DNA of 64,000 nt from an uncultured Candidatus Saccharibacteria bacterium (GTDB taxonomy: Bacteria > Patescibacteriota > Saccharimonadia > Saccharimonadales > UBA7683). This document shows positions 1-9,347 of this stretch, piece after piece. The translations under genes were made by a program, and so were the position numbers. The notes under the pieces were generated by a model that saw nothing but the letters and a program-made list of their open reading frames with translations, made no database searches and was not told the DNA's origin. How positions within the stretch are numbered: the stretch's first letter is position 1; every line of letters begins with the position of its first letter. The DNA is taken from contig CAYNKQ010000001.1 in NCBI GenBank assembly GCA_964397855.1, positions 38,046 through 102,045 of the forward strand. The letters are read 5' to 3'.

Positions 1-50
1 TACCAACCATATCTATGGTCAAAGACAGCAGAGCAGATTAGCAAGCTGTT

Positions 51-2111
51 CTAATTTGTTACTGTTATGTCCATGAACACCACGCCACCAATATCCCAAG
101 GATTGGCGGATTCTCGTACAGGCTGAAACCACTCCCTGTACGTTCCTGGACTGAGATCGCTTGGCGCTGTTACATTAAACTCGTATGCAAACTCTTGCCC
201 TGGGCGGACATTGTTTTGGTCAGAAGTCTTGCCTTGACCAGAACCGGAGTATACTGCTGAAAATGCTTTGCTCGGTCTGCTGGGGGAAAACCAGGAGCTA
301 GAGAAGTTGCTCTGTCGGTTAATTGGTGTGGTCGTAGCCATGCTCAGAGTAGTAGTCAATGCGCTATGCTGTGGGGTTGACGAAGAATTGAGCGTGACAT
401 TTCCAGAATTTCTGTACCTAAAGAATATAGTACTTGACTGACCCTTTTGTATCGTTGGGTATGCGCTCTGTGAGACATACGACACCTGAGGAACGCTGTT
501 TACATAGATGTTGAAGAATGACGTACTCCCGCTGATACTCCAGTTTGGATCGCCTTCAGCAATGAGCTGGAACCATTCTTGGTAGGTTCCGGGAGGAGTA
601 AGTGGAGGAGTCGAGAGCGTGAACTCATATCGACCAACTTGTCCCGGGAAAACAGTGTGCTGGTCGGCAGCTAGAGTGGTTCCGTCAGATTCATAAACAC
701 GAGCCAGTGTTGCGGTTGGGCGACTTGCTGACTGCCAGCTTGAGTCCTGGAACCCGGTGGTCCTATTAACGGGGTTTGTGGTGGCGACTTTTATTGCTGG
801 TGCGCCAGGAAATGCCGTCAACTGATCTTTCCATAAAACTGTACCGCTGTTTTCAAATTCAACGAACAGATTAGTTTTTTCACTAGGTGAAGTAGTGGGG
901 TAACTGCTCTGTCTTCTATAGCGCGCCGTTCGAAGGTTGTTGTCGACCGTAACATTGTAGAAGAATGCACTACCGTTGACATCCCAGTTTGGATCACCTT
1001 CAGCAATGAGCTGGAACCATTCTTGGTAAATTCCTCCAGGCGTGTTTGGGTAGGTCTTAAGCGTGAACTCATATCTACCAACCTGTCCTGGGAAAACAGT
1101 GTGCTGGTCGGCAGCCAGGGTGGTACCGTCTGATTCATAAACACGAGCCAGTGTTGCGGTTGGGCGATTATATGATTGCCATGTTGCATCTTGAAAGTAG
1201 CTCCCTCTGTTTAACGGGTTTATTGTGGCAAGCTTTATCGCTGGTGCGCCAGGAAATGCCGTTAGTTGGTCTTTCCACATTCTTGCACCAGTGTTACGCA
1301 TTTGTACATACATTCGCTTTGAGTCATTCTGCCTAAGGGCAGGGTAGCTGCTCTGTGTTACATATTGTGCCTGGTACGGTTTCTGTAGGTTGAGCCAGTA
1401 TGTATCACCACGAAGTCTTGCAAATACAGTGAATGCGCCATATCGAGTGTCGGTGCTATTTATACCAGTTGCATAATCTTGGGTAATTATACCCATTCTT
1501 GCTCGCGGGCAATCGAACCTGTTCATTACATACGGAGACCCTTCATATGGTTGTGTGGTACTGTTATAGCCAAAGGTTGCAGCTTGATTTGCATAGGCTG
1601 CAGCACGTCCGTTATAGCTGAAGAGCGTGTCTTTGACTATTGCTATATTTTGCTCGTTCGCCACTAGCTGCCGTCGCTCACGAGGAGCTGAACCCCGAGA
1701 GACGTAGTCGCTCTGGAGTCTATTAGCCATGTACCTGAGCTGATCAAGAAATTCGGCATCACTAACCACGCCCGGTGGATATGCCCGGGGTGGCGGTGTA
1801 AATTGAAATATCCCATAGCCGTTACCCGGATTAGTTCTGCTGAAGTTTGTTTCACGGTAGTGGATCGCGGCGAGCATTTCCCAGGGAACACCTGTCTCAT
1901 TCATAACCTGCAAATAAGCGCTCTTATTGCGGTCAACCCCGCTTAAAAGAGACGAGCTCAAGGGGCTGTAGACATCACTACAGTCCACCGCAGCGGCAGA
2001 GGTGCTTTTTGCACTTGTACCAAACACAATTGTCGTAGTAATTAAACCAGCAAGAAGTAGTAGCCGGAATCTCTGGGGAGTTTTATAAAGTCGATGCTTC
2101 GTTAGGTTCAT
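51..2111 (-). CDS. Secreted cell-wall hydrolase-like protein: N-terminal lysozyme/transglycosylase-like region plus tandem ~148-aa beta-sandwich repeats
   Basis: 686-aa ORF. N-terminal hydrophobic signal/anchor (LLLLAGLITTTIVFG). Segment AIHYRETNF...GNGYGIFQF resembles the catalytic region of lysozyme-like/SLT domains. Two near-identical ~184-bp DNA repeats (541-724 and 985-1168) encode a repeated RVYESDGTTLAADQHTVFPGQVGRYEFTL...EWFQLIAEGDPNW domain. Confidence 0.5.
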   Translation of the reverse strand: MNLTKHRLYKTPQRFRLLLLAGLITTTIVFGTSAKSTSAAAVDCSDVYSPLSSSLLSGVDRNKSAYLQVMNETGVPWEMLAAIHYRETNFSRTNPGNGYGIFQFTPPPRAYPPGVVSDAEFLDQLRYMANRLQSDYVSRGSAPRERRQLVANEQNIAIVKDTLFSYNGRAAAYANQAATFGYNSTTQPYEGSPYVMNRFDCPRARMGIITQDYATGINSTDTRYGAFTVFARLRGDTYWLNLQKPYQAQYVTQSSYPALRQNDSKRMYVQMRNTGARMWKDQLTAFPGAPAIKLATINPLNRGSYFQDATWQSYNRPTATLARVYESDGTTLAADQHTVFPGQVGRYEFTLKTYPNTPGGIYQEWFQLIAEGDPNWDVNGSAFFYNVTVDNNLRTARYRRQSSYPTTSPSEKTNLFVEFENSGTVLWKDQLTAFPGAPAIKVATTNPVNRTTGFQDSSWQSASRPTATLARVYESDGTTLAADQHTVFPGQVGRYEFTLSTPPLTPPGTYQEWFQLIAEGDPNWSISGSTSFFNIYVNSVPQVSYVSQSAYPTIQKGQSSTIFFRYRNSGNVTLNSSSTPQHSALTTTLSMATTTPINRQSNFSSSWFSPSRPSKAFSAVYSGSGQGKTSDQNNVRPGQEFAYEFNVTAPSDLSPGTYREWFQPVRESANPWDIGGVVFMDITVTN
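541..724. repeat. Intragenic direct repeat copy 1 (~184 bp, near-identical to 985-1168)
   Basis: Direct read: cagtttggatcgccttcagcaatgagctggaaccattcttggta... is almost identical to the segment starting at 985. The 444-bp spacing equals a 148-aa domain period. Confidence 0.8.
985..1168. repeat. Intragenic direct repeat copy 2
   Basis: Near-identical to 541-724. Encodes the second copy of the repeated domain in the 51..2111 protein. Confidence 0.8.
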
Positions 2112-2538
2112 AAACTATCTCCAGCTTAGTCGTATCAAGGCCCTTGTTTTTTAAGAACTCCAACGCCTCTTGTTTATATTCTTTGAGTTGTTCTTGGTAT
2201 AAAGATGCCTGGTCGGGGCGGTTGATTATTGCGTACAGAGTTATGGTATATGTTTGGTTTAGTCTTCTGATCTTGAAGTGATCATTTTCAACAAGCAGCT
2301 CGTATGGCTTGATAGAGTCTGGATCAACAGTATTGGGTATTTGTACGTCTTTTCCCTCTGTTGTGCTTGTGAAAGTGTCTGTGGCTCCGGTGGACTCTTG
2401 GCTACTTGGTTGCTGACTGACGGTGTCATTTTCTGGATTGTTAAACGGGCCAAGCTTTTTACTGTATGCCACGACAGTTAAAGTGGTGAGTGAAAGCAAC
2501 ACTAGGCCGATAATGATAATGATGTGTTTTCTTTTCAT
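2083..2538 (-). CDS. Small secreted or membrane-anchored hypothetical protein
   Basis: 151-aa ORF with N-terminal hydrophobic helix (IIIIIGLVLLSLTTLTVVAY) and a Ser/Thr/Pro-rich linker. Its stop overlaps the start of the upstream gene (2083..2111). Confidence 0.4.
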   Translation of the reverse strand: MKRKHIIIIIGLVLLSLTTLTVVAYSKKLGPFNNPENDTVSQQPSSQESTGATDTFTSTTEGKDVQIPNTVDPDSIKPYELLVENDHFKIRRLNQTYTITLYAIINRPDQASLYQEQLKEYKQEALEFLKNKGLDTTKLEIVYEPNEASTL

Positions 2539-2626
2539 AATGTGTTTATTTTAGAGCTAACAATACTCTATATTCTAATGTTTATAATCCAATATTGCAA
2601 CTGAATTGTAAAAAACATAACAGCAA

Positions 2627-4675
2627 CTACTTCGTCTTGATCGGGAAGTGAAGCCAGTTGTCATTCAGCCAGGTAACACCTTCGTTCACAGGCTTAAAAT
2701 ACTCATCAGAACTGAAGCTGGAGACATCAGGAGTCTTGATCCAGAATTCGAACTCTGTCGTTTCACCTGGTGCAACAGATTGATCAATTGTAGCCACGGC
2801 GCGGTTACTGCTGATCCACGAACTATCTCTTATTTGACTAACTCGGTCTTGAGGGCTGGAAGTGCCAAGCCGCATCTGACTACTTGACCAAGTTGCTGAT
2901 CCAGTGTTTTTTGCACTTACTTGCAGGTAATACCTCTGGTTTTTATCGAGGGGCTGTCCCCAGGGTATTTGCTGAGACTTGCTGCCATCGGTAAACACAG
3001 ACTGGCCTCTCCATTCCCAGCTATAAACATTGTTTTTTACTATATACGGTTGATATAAGCCTACATCTCTTAAAAACCATGATTTGCCATCTTGGACTAA
3101 TCCGTAGTATTCGTTAAAGAGGGTCGCGTCGTCGACGGTGGCCGCAATTTCAGGAACTCTAATTTTAAAGTCGAATATCGCCGTCTCACCAGGTAAAATT
3201 TCATTCGTGGCCAATTCTTCGTTGTCTGTCGAAAGTTTGCTATCAAATGTGGTCATTCTATTCGAAGATATCCAGCTGGGGTCGTAAAATCGACTTTGTC
3301 TATCGTTTGGTCGCGCAGTTGCTAGCCTGGTAACAAATTGGCCACTATTCTTCCAGGTGTCGGTTCCAGTGTTCTTGAGTCGAACACTCAGCATAACGTC
3401 CTCGCCATACTTTAGGTGTGAGGTTAGCGGGATGCTTTGATCATTTCTGGAAAGTACCTGACCAACATAACTATAGTCGAATTTGTTCATACTAGAGTCA
3501 CGTTCATAATATTGATGCGCAATCCACCTTAGTTCGGGTAGTTTAACATGCAGATTATTGCCTGGGCAGGCGGTGCTTAGTACATCTCTGTGACCAACCA
3601 TAACTTGACCGGATGCCCCGCTCCCCAGAGGATCTGCATTTTGGTAGGGTGCCAGTTTATAGCCAGTTATTCGGCCGATTGCATGCGTCATCGCTGCGGG
3701 AGGATTGGCACTTTGGAAGTTACCAATAGAGGCAATGCCGGTTGTTCCGGTGTTATTCCTATATGCATGACCAGCTGTAACGTCGACAGAGTTCGCTTTT
3801 GCGTAAGCTTGGTCGTAATATCTACCCTGAAAAATATTACCGACACTATCAATGATATAGTTGTAACCTATATCTCCCCACCCGTTACCATATCGATGAT
3901 ACTGCCATATAGCTCTTACGGCAGCGTATGAATTAGGTTCTTCGGTCGTTGCCGTATGGTGGATAATTGCCTTACTAAGCGGAGCATATTCTGGTGCCCA
4001 GTCAGGTGAGCTTTCAGGCTCAGGGGAGCCCCACTCGGCACGTGATATTATTCTCGGTGCGTCGCTGCCAGCACTTGCTTTACCGCTGAAACGAAGTGAC
4101 TGCGCTAGGCGACGCAGCAAGCCGACCCTGCCGTCCGGCCCCTTAGAAGTATCGATTGCATTCAAGCTCGCCGCTGACAGATCAATGATTGCGGAAGGTT
4201 CGTTCGGAGAGCCTACTAGGTTGAATCTGTACTCAAGACGATCGATGTTCTGCGCAAGAATAAGAGTAGACGCTTCGGTTTGTGGGGTTCCATCTTTTCG
4301 ATCGTCATTTTGCATTGCTTCGGTCCACGGCGTCCAGTTGACTCCATTGAAGGTACGTACCTGAAGACTTACTCCGTTCTCACCCGTTTGTTGCCAGCGG
4401 ATAGAGGCGGCATTAGCTGGCACTTGCTTGAAGTCAATTGTCCTTGATTGAGCGGTGATTTTGGTACCTGGCTTTGCTTGTAGATTGGAGATCGAGGGTT
4501 TTTTACTAGAGACTGACCCCGTAATATTTATGCCAGTATTTGCTTGGTTAATATCTACGGTGTTTATCTCTGTACGATGCCACCCCTTAAGACCGTATGA
4601 GGTCGCGAGAAGCACCGCAACTGCACTCAAGCCAGCTATGTACCAAACTCTCGGTTTACTAGTAATGCGCCTCAC
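2627..4675 (-). CDS. N-acetylmuramoyl-L-alanine amidase (amidase_2/PGRP domain) with C-terminal repeated beta-sandwich domains
   Basis: 682 aa with an N-terminal TM anchor. AIIHHTATTEE...GWGDIGYNYIIDSVGNIFQGRY matches the amidase_2/PGRP zinc-amidase signature. The C-terminal half carries repeats (SSWISSNR... x2) related to those in 51..2111. Confidence 0.65.
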   Translation of the reverse strand: MRRITSKPRVWYIAGLSAVAVLLATSYGLKGWHRTEINTVDINQANTGINITGSVSSKKPSISNLQAKPGTKITAQSRTIDFKQVPANAASIRWQQTGENGVSLQVRTFNGVNWTPWTEAMQNDDRKDGTPQTEASTLILAQNIDRLEYRFNLVGSPNEPSAIIDLSAASLNAIDTSKGPDGRVGLLRRLAQSLRFSGKASAGSDAPRIISRAEWGSPEPESSPDWAPEYAPLSKAIIHHTATTEEPNSYAAVRAIWQYHRYGNGWGDIGYNYIIDSVGNIFQGRYYDQAYAKANSVDVTAGHAYRNNTGTTGIASIGNFQSANPPAAMTHAIGRITGYKLAPYQNADPLGSGASGQVMVGHRDVLSTACPGNNLHVKLPELRWIAHQYYERDSSMNKFDYSYVGQVLSRNDQSIPLTSHLKYGEDVMLSVRLKNTGTDTWKNSGQFVTRLATARPNDRQSRFYDPSWISSNRMTTFDSKLSTDNEELATNEILPGETAIFDFKIRVPEIAATVDDATLFNEYYGLVQDGKSWFLRDVGLYQPYIVKNNVYSWEWRGQSVFTDGSKSQQIPWGQPLDKNQRYYLQVSAKNTGSATWSSSQMRLGTSSPQDRVSQIRDSSWISSNRAVATIDQSVAPGETTEFEFWIKTPDVSSFSSDEYFKPVNEGVTWLNDNWLHFPIKTK

Positions 4676-4783
4676 GAAAACCCCCTTGTTGATTTTACTT
4701 TTGAACCGCGTCGTAACTTAATACTAACAAAATTTGTGTATAATTGTATTGCACTGACTGTATAACTAAGAGAAGGAGTTCGC

Positions 4784-5830
4784 GTGATCGTTGTAATTAT
4801 CGCAGGAGGCTCGGGAACTAGGCTATGGCCACTTTCAACGCCGGAATACCCAAAACACCTATTAACTATTGTCGGAGAAAACTCGTTACTTCAGAATTCT
4901 TTCGAACGAGCTAAAAAGATCACCTCTGTTGATAAGATTTATATTTCTACTGAGGCGAGTCATTCGGACCACGTCATTAAGCAGTTGCCGGAGCTCACTG
5001 AAGAACAGGTGATTATTGAGCCCGCTCGTCGAGACACTATGCCCTGTATTTTGAATGCGTTGCAGTTTATTAGCACAAGGCACGATCACGACGAACCGAT
5101 TGCTTCAATACACGCAGACAGTCATATTCGAGACACCGCAGGTTTTGCGCGCGGAATCAAACAGGCTGGCGAGATTGCTCGTGAGCATGGGCGAATCACG
5201 CTGCTTGGTATGGAGCCGCATCAGCCAGACATTAAATTTGGCTACATTCACAAAGGTGATATCTTCGACGAAGAAGAAAATATCTATAACATTGCAACTT
5301 TTAAGGAAAAGCCCGCTTACGAAATTGCTAAAGACTACTTTGAAAGCGGCGAGTACTACTGGAATATGGGCTACTTTGTTGCGCCGTTTTCGGTTTTTGA
5401 AAAGAAGATTCGAGAAGATGCCGATGCAACTTGGGCTACACAGCTTGATAGACTTCAGGCCGCTACAACACCTGAGGAACGCGACGAAATTTACCTAGAC
5501 TTTGAAAGAGAGCCGATCGATATCGCCCTAATGGAAAAGGTTTCAGACTTGCTCGTGATTCCAGGTGCTTTCGACTGGATGGACATAGGCTCGTTTGACG
5601 ACGTACATAAGGTGAGTGCTCAAGATCCTGAAGGTAACGCCATTAAGGGCGACAACGTTCATATTATTGATAGCCAGCAAGTGTATATTCGCAATGATGA
5701 CCCAACAAAGCCGGTAGCGGTGATAGGCGTAGACAACGTAACTGTTGTTAACACGAAGCATGGCATCTTAGTCATGCGTACCGATCAGTCTCAGAAGGTT
5801 AAAGACATCGCAAACAAACTCAAGGGGTAA
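4784..5830 (+). CDS. manC: Mannose-1-phosphate guanylyltransferase-like sugar nucleotidyltransferase
   Basis: 348 aa. N-terminal IVVIIAGGSGTRLWPLS nucleotidyltransferase motif. Length and layout fit GDP-mannose pyrophosphorylases. RBS-like GAAGGAG upstream. Confidence 0.7.
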   Translation: MIVVIIAGGSGTRLWPLSTPEYPKHLLTIVGENSLLQNSFERAKKITSVDKIYISTEASHSDHVIKQLPELTEEQVIIEPARRDTMPCILNALQFISTRHDHDEPIASIHADSHIRDTAGFARGIKQAGEIAREHGRITLLGMEPHQPDIKFGYIHKGDIFDEEENIYNIATFKEKPAYEIAKDYFESGEYYWNMGYFVAPFSVFEKKIREDADATWATQLDRLQAATTPEERDEIYLDFEREPIDIALMEKVSDLLVIPGAFDWMDIGSFDDVHKVSAQDPEGNAIKGDNVHIIDSQQVYIRNDDPTKPVAVIGVDNVTVVNTKHGILVMRTDQSQKVKDIANKLKG

Positions 5831-5921
5831 GGGTGCTGGGTGCGTCGGGCACCCATATCTGAGGCTTGATAACTGATACTTGAAGTGAATTACGCGGGAG
5901 AGTCGAGAGGGCTTGCCTTTG

Positions 5922-6662
5922 CTAGGCGATTTCTTCAATTTTTTGCTCTATCTGATGTTTAATCCACGCAGATAGCTTGGCACAACTGGGGTCATCTATA
6001 CATCCAGTTATTGCGGTATGGTATTTGGCCTTTTTGTTTACGTCTAACCTCGGGAACCCGGCAATTATCGGAGGGTAGCCCAGGCTGATTGCAAGTTGGT
6101 CGGTCACCGCCCTTGCAACCCTACCGTTGCCATCACCAAAAGGGTGAACCCTAATAAATCCATAATGTACTCTGGCTAAAAAAGTGCATACTGAATCTAT
6201 ATCTTCGTTCTGGACTGATCTGAGAGAGACGCTTATCATATCGGCTAGATCATAGAGTTCATTCGATGTTTGCCAACCCCCCTTGGGTATCCCGTGCCTG
6301 TCTTCGTCGCCAACTGACCCGAATCTTACGTCGTGCCCTTGCTGTCTAAGTCTACCCCTTAATTTCTCTTTCAGGACGTGCTTAAAGAGGACTGAGTGCA
6401 TTTCTTTCCATTCTTCTACCCACTCAGCCTTTTCTCTGTGCTCATACTGGTCCCTTAGGGACTCTCCGCTTTGAACTAATTGTCCTATAAACATCTTGAT
6501 CAATTTACCGAGACCCATTTGCTCAGCAGTTTTAACCAAAGGGTGAACTGAGTTTATCGATTCGACGCGTTTTTGTACAAGAAACTCATCAGTCGTTTCG
6601 TAAGCCCTCCACAGGCTTGAACATATATCGTTGCGAGATATCTCGGGCCTATTTTTCGCCAT
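5922..6662 (-). CDS. Fic/Doc family protein (putative AMPylator-type toxin)
   Basis: 246 aa. Contains HPFGDGNGRVARAV, the canonical Fic motif HPFx[DE]GNGR. Overlaps the upstream gene by 14 nt. Confidence 0.8.
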   Translation of the reverse strand: MAKNRPEISRNDICSSLWRAYETTDEFLVQKRVESINSVHPLVKTAEQMGLGKLIKMFIGQLVQSGESLRDQYEHREKAEWVEEWKEMHSVLFKHVLKEKLRGRLRQQGHDVRFGSVGDEDRHGIPKGGWQTSNELYDLADMISVSLRSVQNEDIDSVCTFLARVHYGFIRVHPFGDGNGRVARAVTDQLAISLGYPPIIAGFPRLDVNKKAKYHTAITGCIDDPSCAKLSAWIKHQIEQKIEEIA

Positions 6663-7230
6663 CTTCTGGGTATTCTAGGTCGGTACTTTCACTTACAATA
6701 TCGTCAAGCATCCCTTTGATCAGGCTTGCTTGTAACAGATGATCCTCCGTGTCGGGTCTGGCGGTTTTACTCTTGACTGGGAACGGCCGGATCATATCGG
6801 CATCGGTAATAAAGTATGTCTCGCTATTTTTATGTTCTTTCCAGCTTGGTTCTTCATGGCTAATCTCAACAAGGTTAGATGTTGATATGGCTCTTAAGTC
6901 GTTTAGAATACCCTCAACCCTTAGGTGTAACGGGTTTTTCGTTGCCAAAAAGGAAAACTTCTTTTTCTTCGTAGAATAGTTAATTGAATTGTAGGACAGA
7001 CCCATATCACCTACGGTGGTTAAGATGTCGCGGTGTATATTGGCAAGCTGCATGAAGCCATCCGGAACTGGACCAAGCGGCATTCTGACGTACTTAAAGG
7101 ATGTCGGCTCTGCGATGTTAAGTCTAATCAATTCTTTGTGAACAAAGTAAATAGTCTTAGCAAATCTGACCTTGCTGATCGGCGAGTCCTCAATAACGAG
7201 TATCATTTTTGCTAGTTCGTATAAATTCAT
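6649..7230 (-). CDS. Panacea/SocA-like (DUF4065) protein, putative antitoxin partner of Fic
   Basis: 193 aa. The pattern FAKTIYFVHKEL...FKYVRMPLGPVPDGF resembles the Panacea-domain signature (KLQKLLYF...WKYGPV). Translationally coupled upstream of the Fic gene. Confidence 0.5.
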   Translation of the reverse strand: MNLYELAKMILVIEDSPISKVRFAKTIYFVHKELIRLNIAEPTSFKYVRMPLGPVPDGFMQLANIHRDILTTVGDMGLSYNSINYSTKKKKFSFLATKNPLHLRVEGILNDLRAISTSNLVEISHEEPSWKEHKNSETYFITDADMIRPFPVKSKTARPDTEDHLLQASLIKGMLDDIVSESTDLEYPEDGEK

Positions 7231-7364
7231 AATAATTTGACCTCTTACATATTACATTATATCATATTGCGTCAATTTCATGCTTATGTTGCAATATTTT
7301 TATGATATAATATTTCACCTATATTTTCCTTTGAGGGCGCTTGGCGCCATACTTGAGACTGAAC

Positions 7365-7440
7365 ACGCTGTTTGTCACTCCTTCGCAGGCAGGAGTCTTT
7401 AGCAGATTGGATCCTGAATAGATTTCAGGATGACAAGGCC
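7365..7440. repeat. REP-like element: ...cactccttcgcaggcagg... followed by TGATTGGATCC-hairpin-GGATGAC unit
   Basis: gattggatcctgaatagatttcaggatgacaaggcc contains the inverted repeat atcctgaa/ttcaggat. The same bounded unit recurs three to four times at 14100-14460. Confidence 0.55.
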
Positions 7441-7456
7441 GGGACGAGGCAAAGGG

Positions 7457-8995
7457 CTAGACGAGCGACTGCAGCTTTCGTAGAATGCCATCTTCTTTAA
7501 GCCCAAGCGCAACGATTTCGTCGGCTCGCTGTTGTGAATCCGCTACTGAATAGATCCGTAGCTGTGGGGCATTACCACTTGGTCGAATATGAGCGACTTC
7601 ACCAGACTTGAATGTAATTCTAATTCCATCTGTCGTATTGATTGTGCTGGCTTCGCCGAAGCTATCTTCAGCAGTAAAACATTCGCGGATTAGCTTATGA
7701 GCGGTTTCGTCTTGATTGGCGAGTACGGCAATTATCTTTTGACTGTCTTCTTGTGGGAAGTTATCGATCAGCCCAGCCTGTGTGAATCGTTGAGGTAGGT
7801 TTGCAAAGAGTCGAGAAACCGGCACTGATTGTTTTAATGCTGCGGCCAAGGTTATAACAATCGGCAAGAAAGCGTCACGTGTTGGCAGTTCACGCAGTGT
7901 ACCTTCACCGTAAACGATGTCAGCACCTGTCAAGAAGCCGCCATTTACTTCCCAACCTACGGGTGCTGTAGAACCGTCTGCGATTGCAGTCTGCATGGCT
8001 TCGATAACGTACGGAGAGCCAATCTTGGTGTGCACCCACGGAGTCTCGTCTACATTAAGGCTCTTGTCTACAGCGTCACTAGAGCTGACAGGGAGTGCCG
8101 CAAAGTCGGTGCCGAGTTCTTTCGCCACAATATACCCCAGAACGTCACCTCTGTGAAATTCACCATTTTCATCTATCACGAATGGTCTGTCGCTATCGCC
8201 ATCTGTAGAAACTATTGCAAATGCGTCGGGATATTTTTCGGCTAGTCCCTTAAAGTAAGCTTGATCTTGGGGTGTTACATTTTCAGTGTCAATTGAGATA
8301 AATGTTTCTGAACGGTCGACCGGAGTCACGGCTGCACCAAGTGATTCGAGAAGCTGTACAAGCAGATCTCGACCAACAGCAGAATGTTGGTACACCACCA
8401 CATGTTTACCAGACAGTGATCCTGCCGATAAGACAGACTGGAATCGATCAAGATACTGCTGAGCAACCTCGGTCGGGAAGTCTTGTAGTTCTGTGTGGAC
8501 AATCAGGCTGCCATCTGGATTAAATGCCGTAGGCTCGGATTGGTATAACTCCGCACGAATGCTAGCTACAGAGTTTTTTATTGACGCTTCGTCGCTTTTG
8601 AGAACTTCGCCAGACGCCTTGTAGAACTTAATCCCATTGCGATCATCAGGTATGTGACTGCCGGTCACCATAATGCAGGCTTGGTCATGATTCTGGGCCC
8701 AGTATGCAAGGGCTGGGGTAGGCAGTAGTCCGCAGTACTGCGGTGTATGGCCAGCATCTTGAATCGCACGTACAACGGCGCTAACTATGCGAGGAGTGCT
8801 CTTTCTCAGATCGCCACCAACCGAAATGATGCTAGCAGGTTCTAGGCCGTCATGCTCAGTAAGAAATTTAAGGAAACCGCGTGCGTTAATGTAGCATTCA
8901 AGATCAGTCATATCAGTCACAAGGCCGCGTAGGCCAGATGTGCCAAAGCCAAGTTCAGTCGGTGTATAGCTAAGCGATTCAAGTAGTGTGTTCAT
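7457..8995 (-). CDS. Phosphoglucomutase/phosphomannomutase family protein
   Basis: 512 aa. N-terminal GTSGLRG motif, active-site serine loop VTGSHIPDDRNG and a metal-binding DGDSDR motif typical of the alpha-D-phosphohexomutase family. Confidence 0.75.
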   Translation of the reverse strand: MNTLLESLSYTPTELGFGTSGLRGLVTDMTDLECYINARGFLKFLTEHDGLEPASIISVGGDLRKSTPRIVSAVVRAIQDAGHTPQYCGLLPTPALAYWAQNHDQACIMVTGSHIPDDRNGIKFYKASGEVLKSDEASIKNSVASIRAELYQSEPTAFNPDGSLIVHTELQDFPTEVAQQYLDRFQSVLSAGSLSGKHVVVYQHSAVGRDLLVQLLESLGAAVTPVDRSETFISIDTENVTPQDQAYFKGLAEKYPDAFAIVSTDGDSDRPFVIDENGEFHRGDVLGYIVAKELGTDFAALPVSSSDAVDKSLNVDETPWVHTKIGSPYVIEAMQTAIADGSTAPVGWEVNGGFLTGADIVYGEGTLRELPTRDAFLPIVITLAAALKQSVPVSRLFANLPQRFTQAGLIDNFPQEDSQKIIAVLANQDETAHKLIRECFTAEDSFGEASTINTTDGIRITFKSGEVAHIRPSGNAPQLRIYSVADSQQRADEIVALGLKEDGILRKLQSLV

Positions 8996-9105
8996 CAGTT
9001 CCCTTCGTATTACGTACTACTATTTTAACAGAGGCGTGAGAATGGCGCGCATACTTGATACGTAATACCTGATATCTGATGCGCTGTAACCCACGGAGTC
9101 AACTT

Positions 9106-9310
9106 CACCCATTCAACCAAACCCGAACACCGGAAGGTTCTTTTTGTTGAATCAAGAAAAGACTTGCCCGAATCGGTAACTAAGAAATCATGAGGGATGC
9201 TTGTCATCGTCTTTTCGCATCAAAAAGAACTAGGAGGTGTGTCGAGGCTTGGGTGTCATGGGTGGGAGTTTTGTTACTTTTGCTGCAAAAGTAGAAAGAA
9301 CAGAAGGAAA
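9106..9310. repeat. Copy A of a ~205-bp structured repeat family (candidate ncRNA or mobile repeat)
   Basis: About 75% identical to 13850-14060. Conserved blocks gatgcttgtcatcgtc, tcgaggcttgggtgtyatgggtg and cttttg-N3/4-caaaag. Stem ATTCAAC/GTTGAAT is replaced in copy B by ACTCAAG/CTTGAGT, a compensatory change. ORF-track ORF 9197..9583 overlaps it and is probably spurious. Confidence 0.5.
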
Positions 9311-9347
9311 TTGATATTTATAGACGGTATACTGAATCTAGTTCGGT

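Noticed and set aside
818-1900. Opposite-strand or internal ORFs inside large genes (for example 818..1189, 1664..1900, 3590..3931, 41643..42732, 53632..54233)
   Set aside because: They lie wholly within much longer ORFs that have clear domain content, and have low-complexity translations. Treated as non-coding shadows.
5827-5850. Terminator hairpin GGGTGC-gtcgg-GCACCC after manC
   Set aside because: The stem is only 6 bp and is not followed by a T-tract. Not reported as a terminator.
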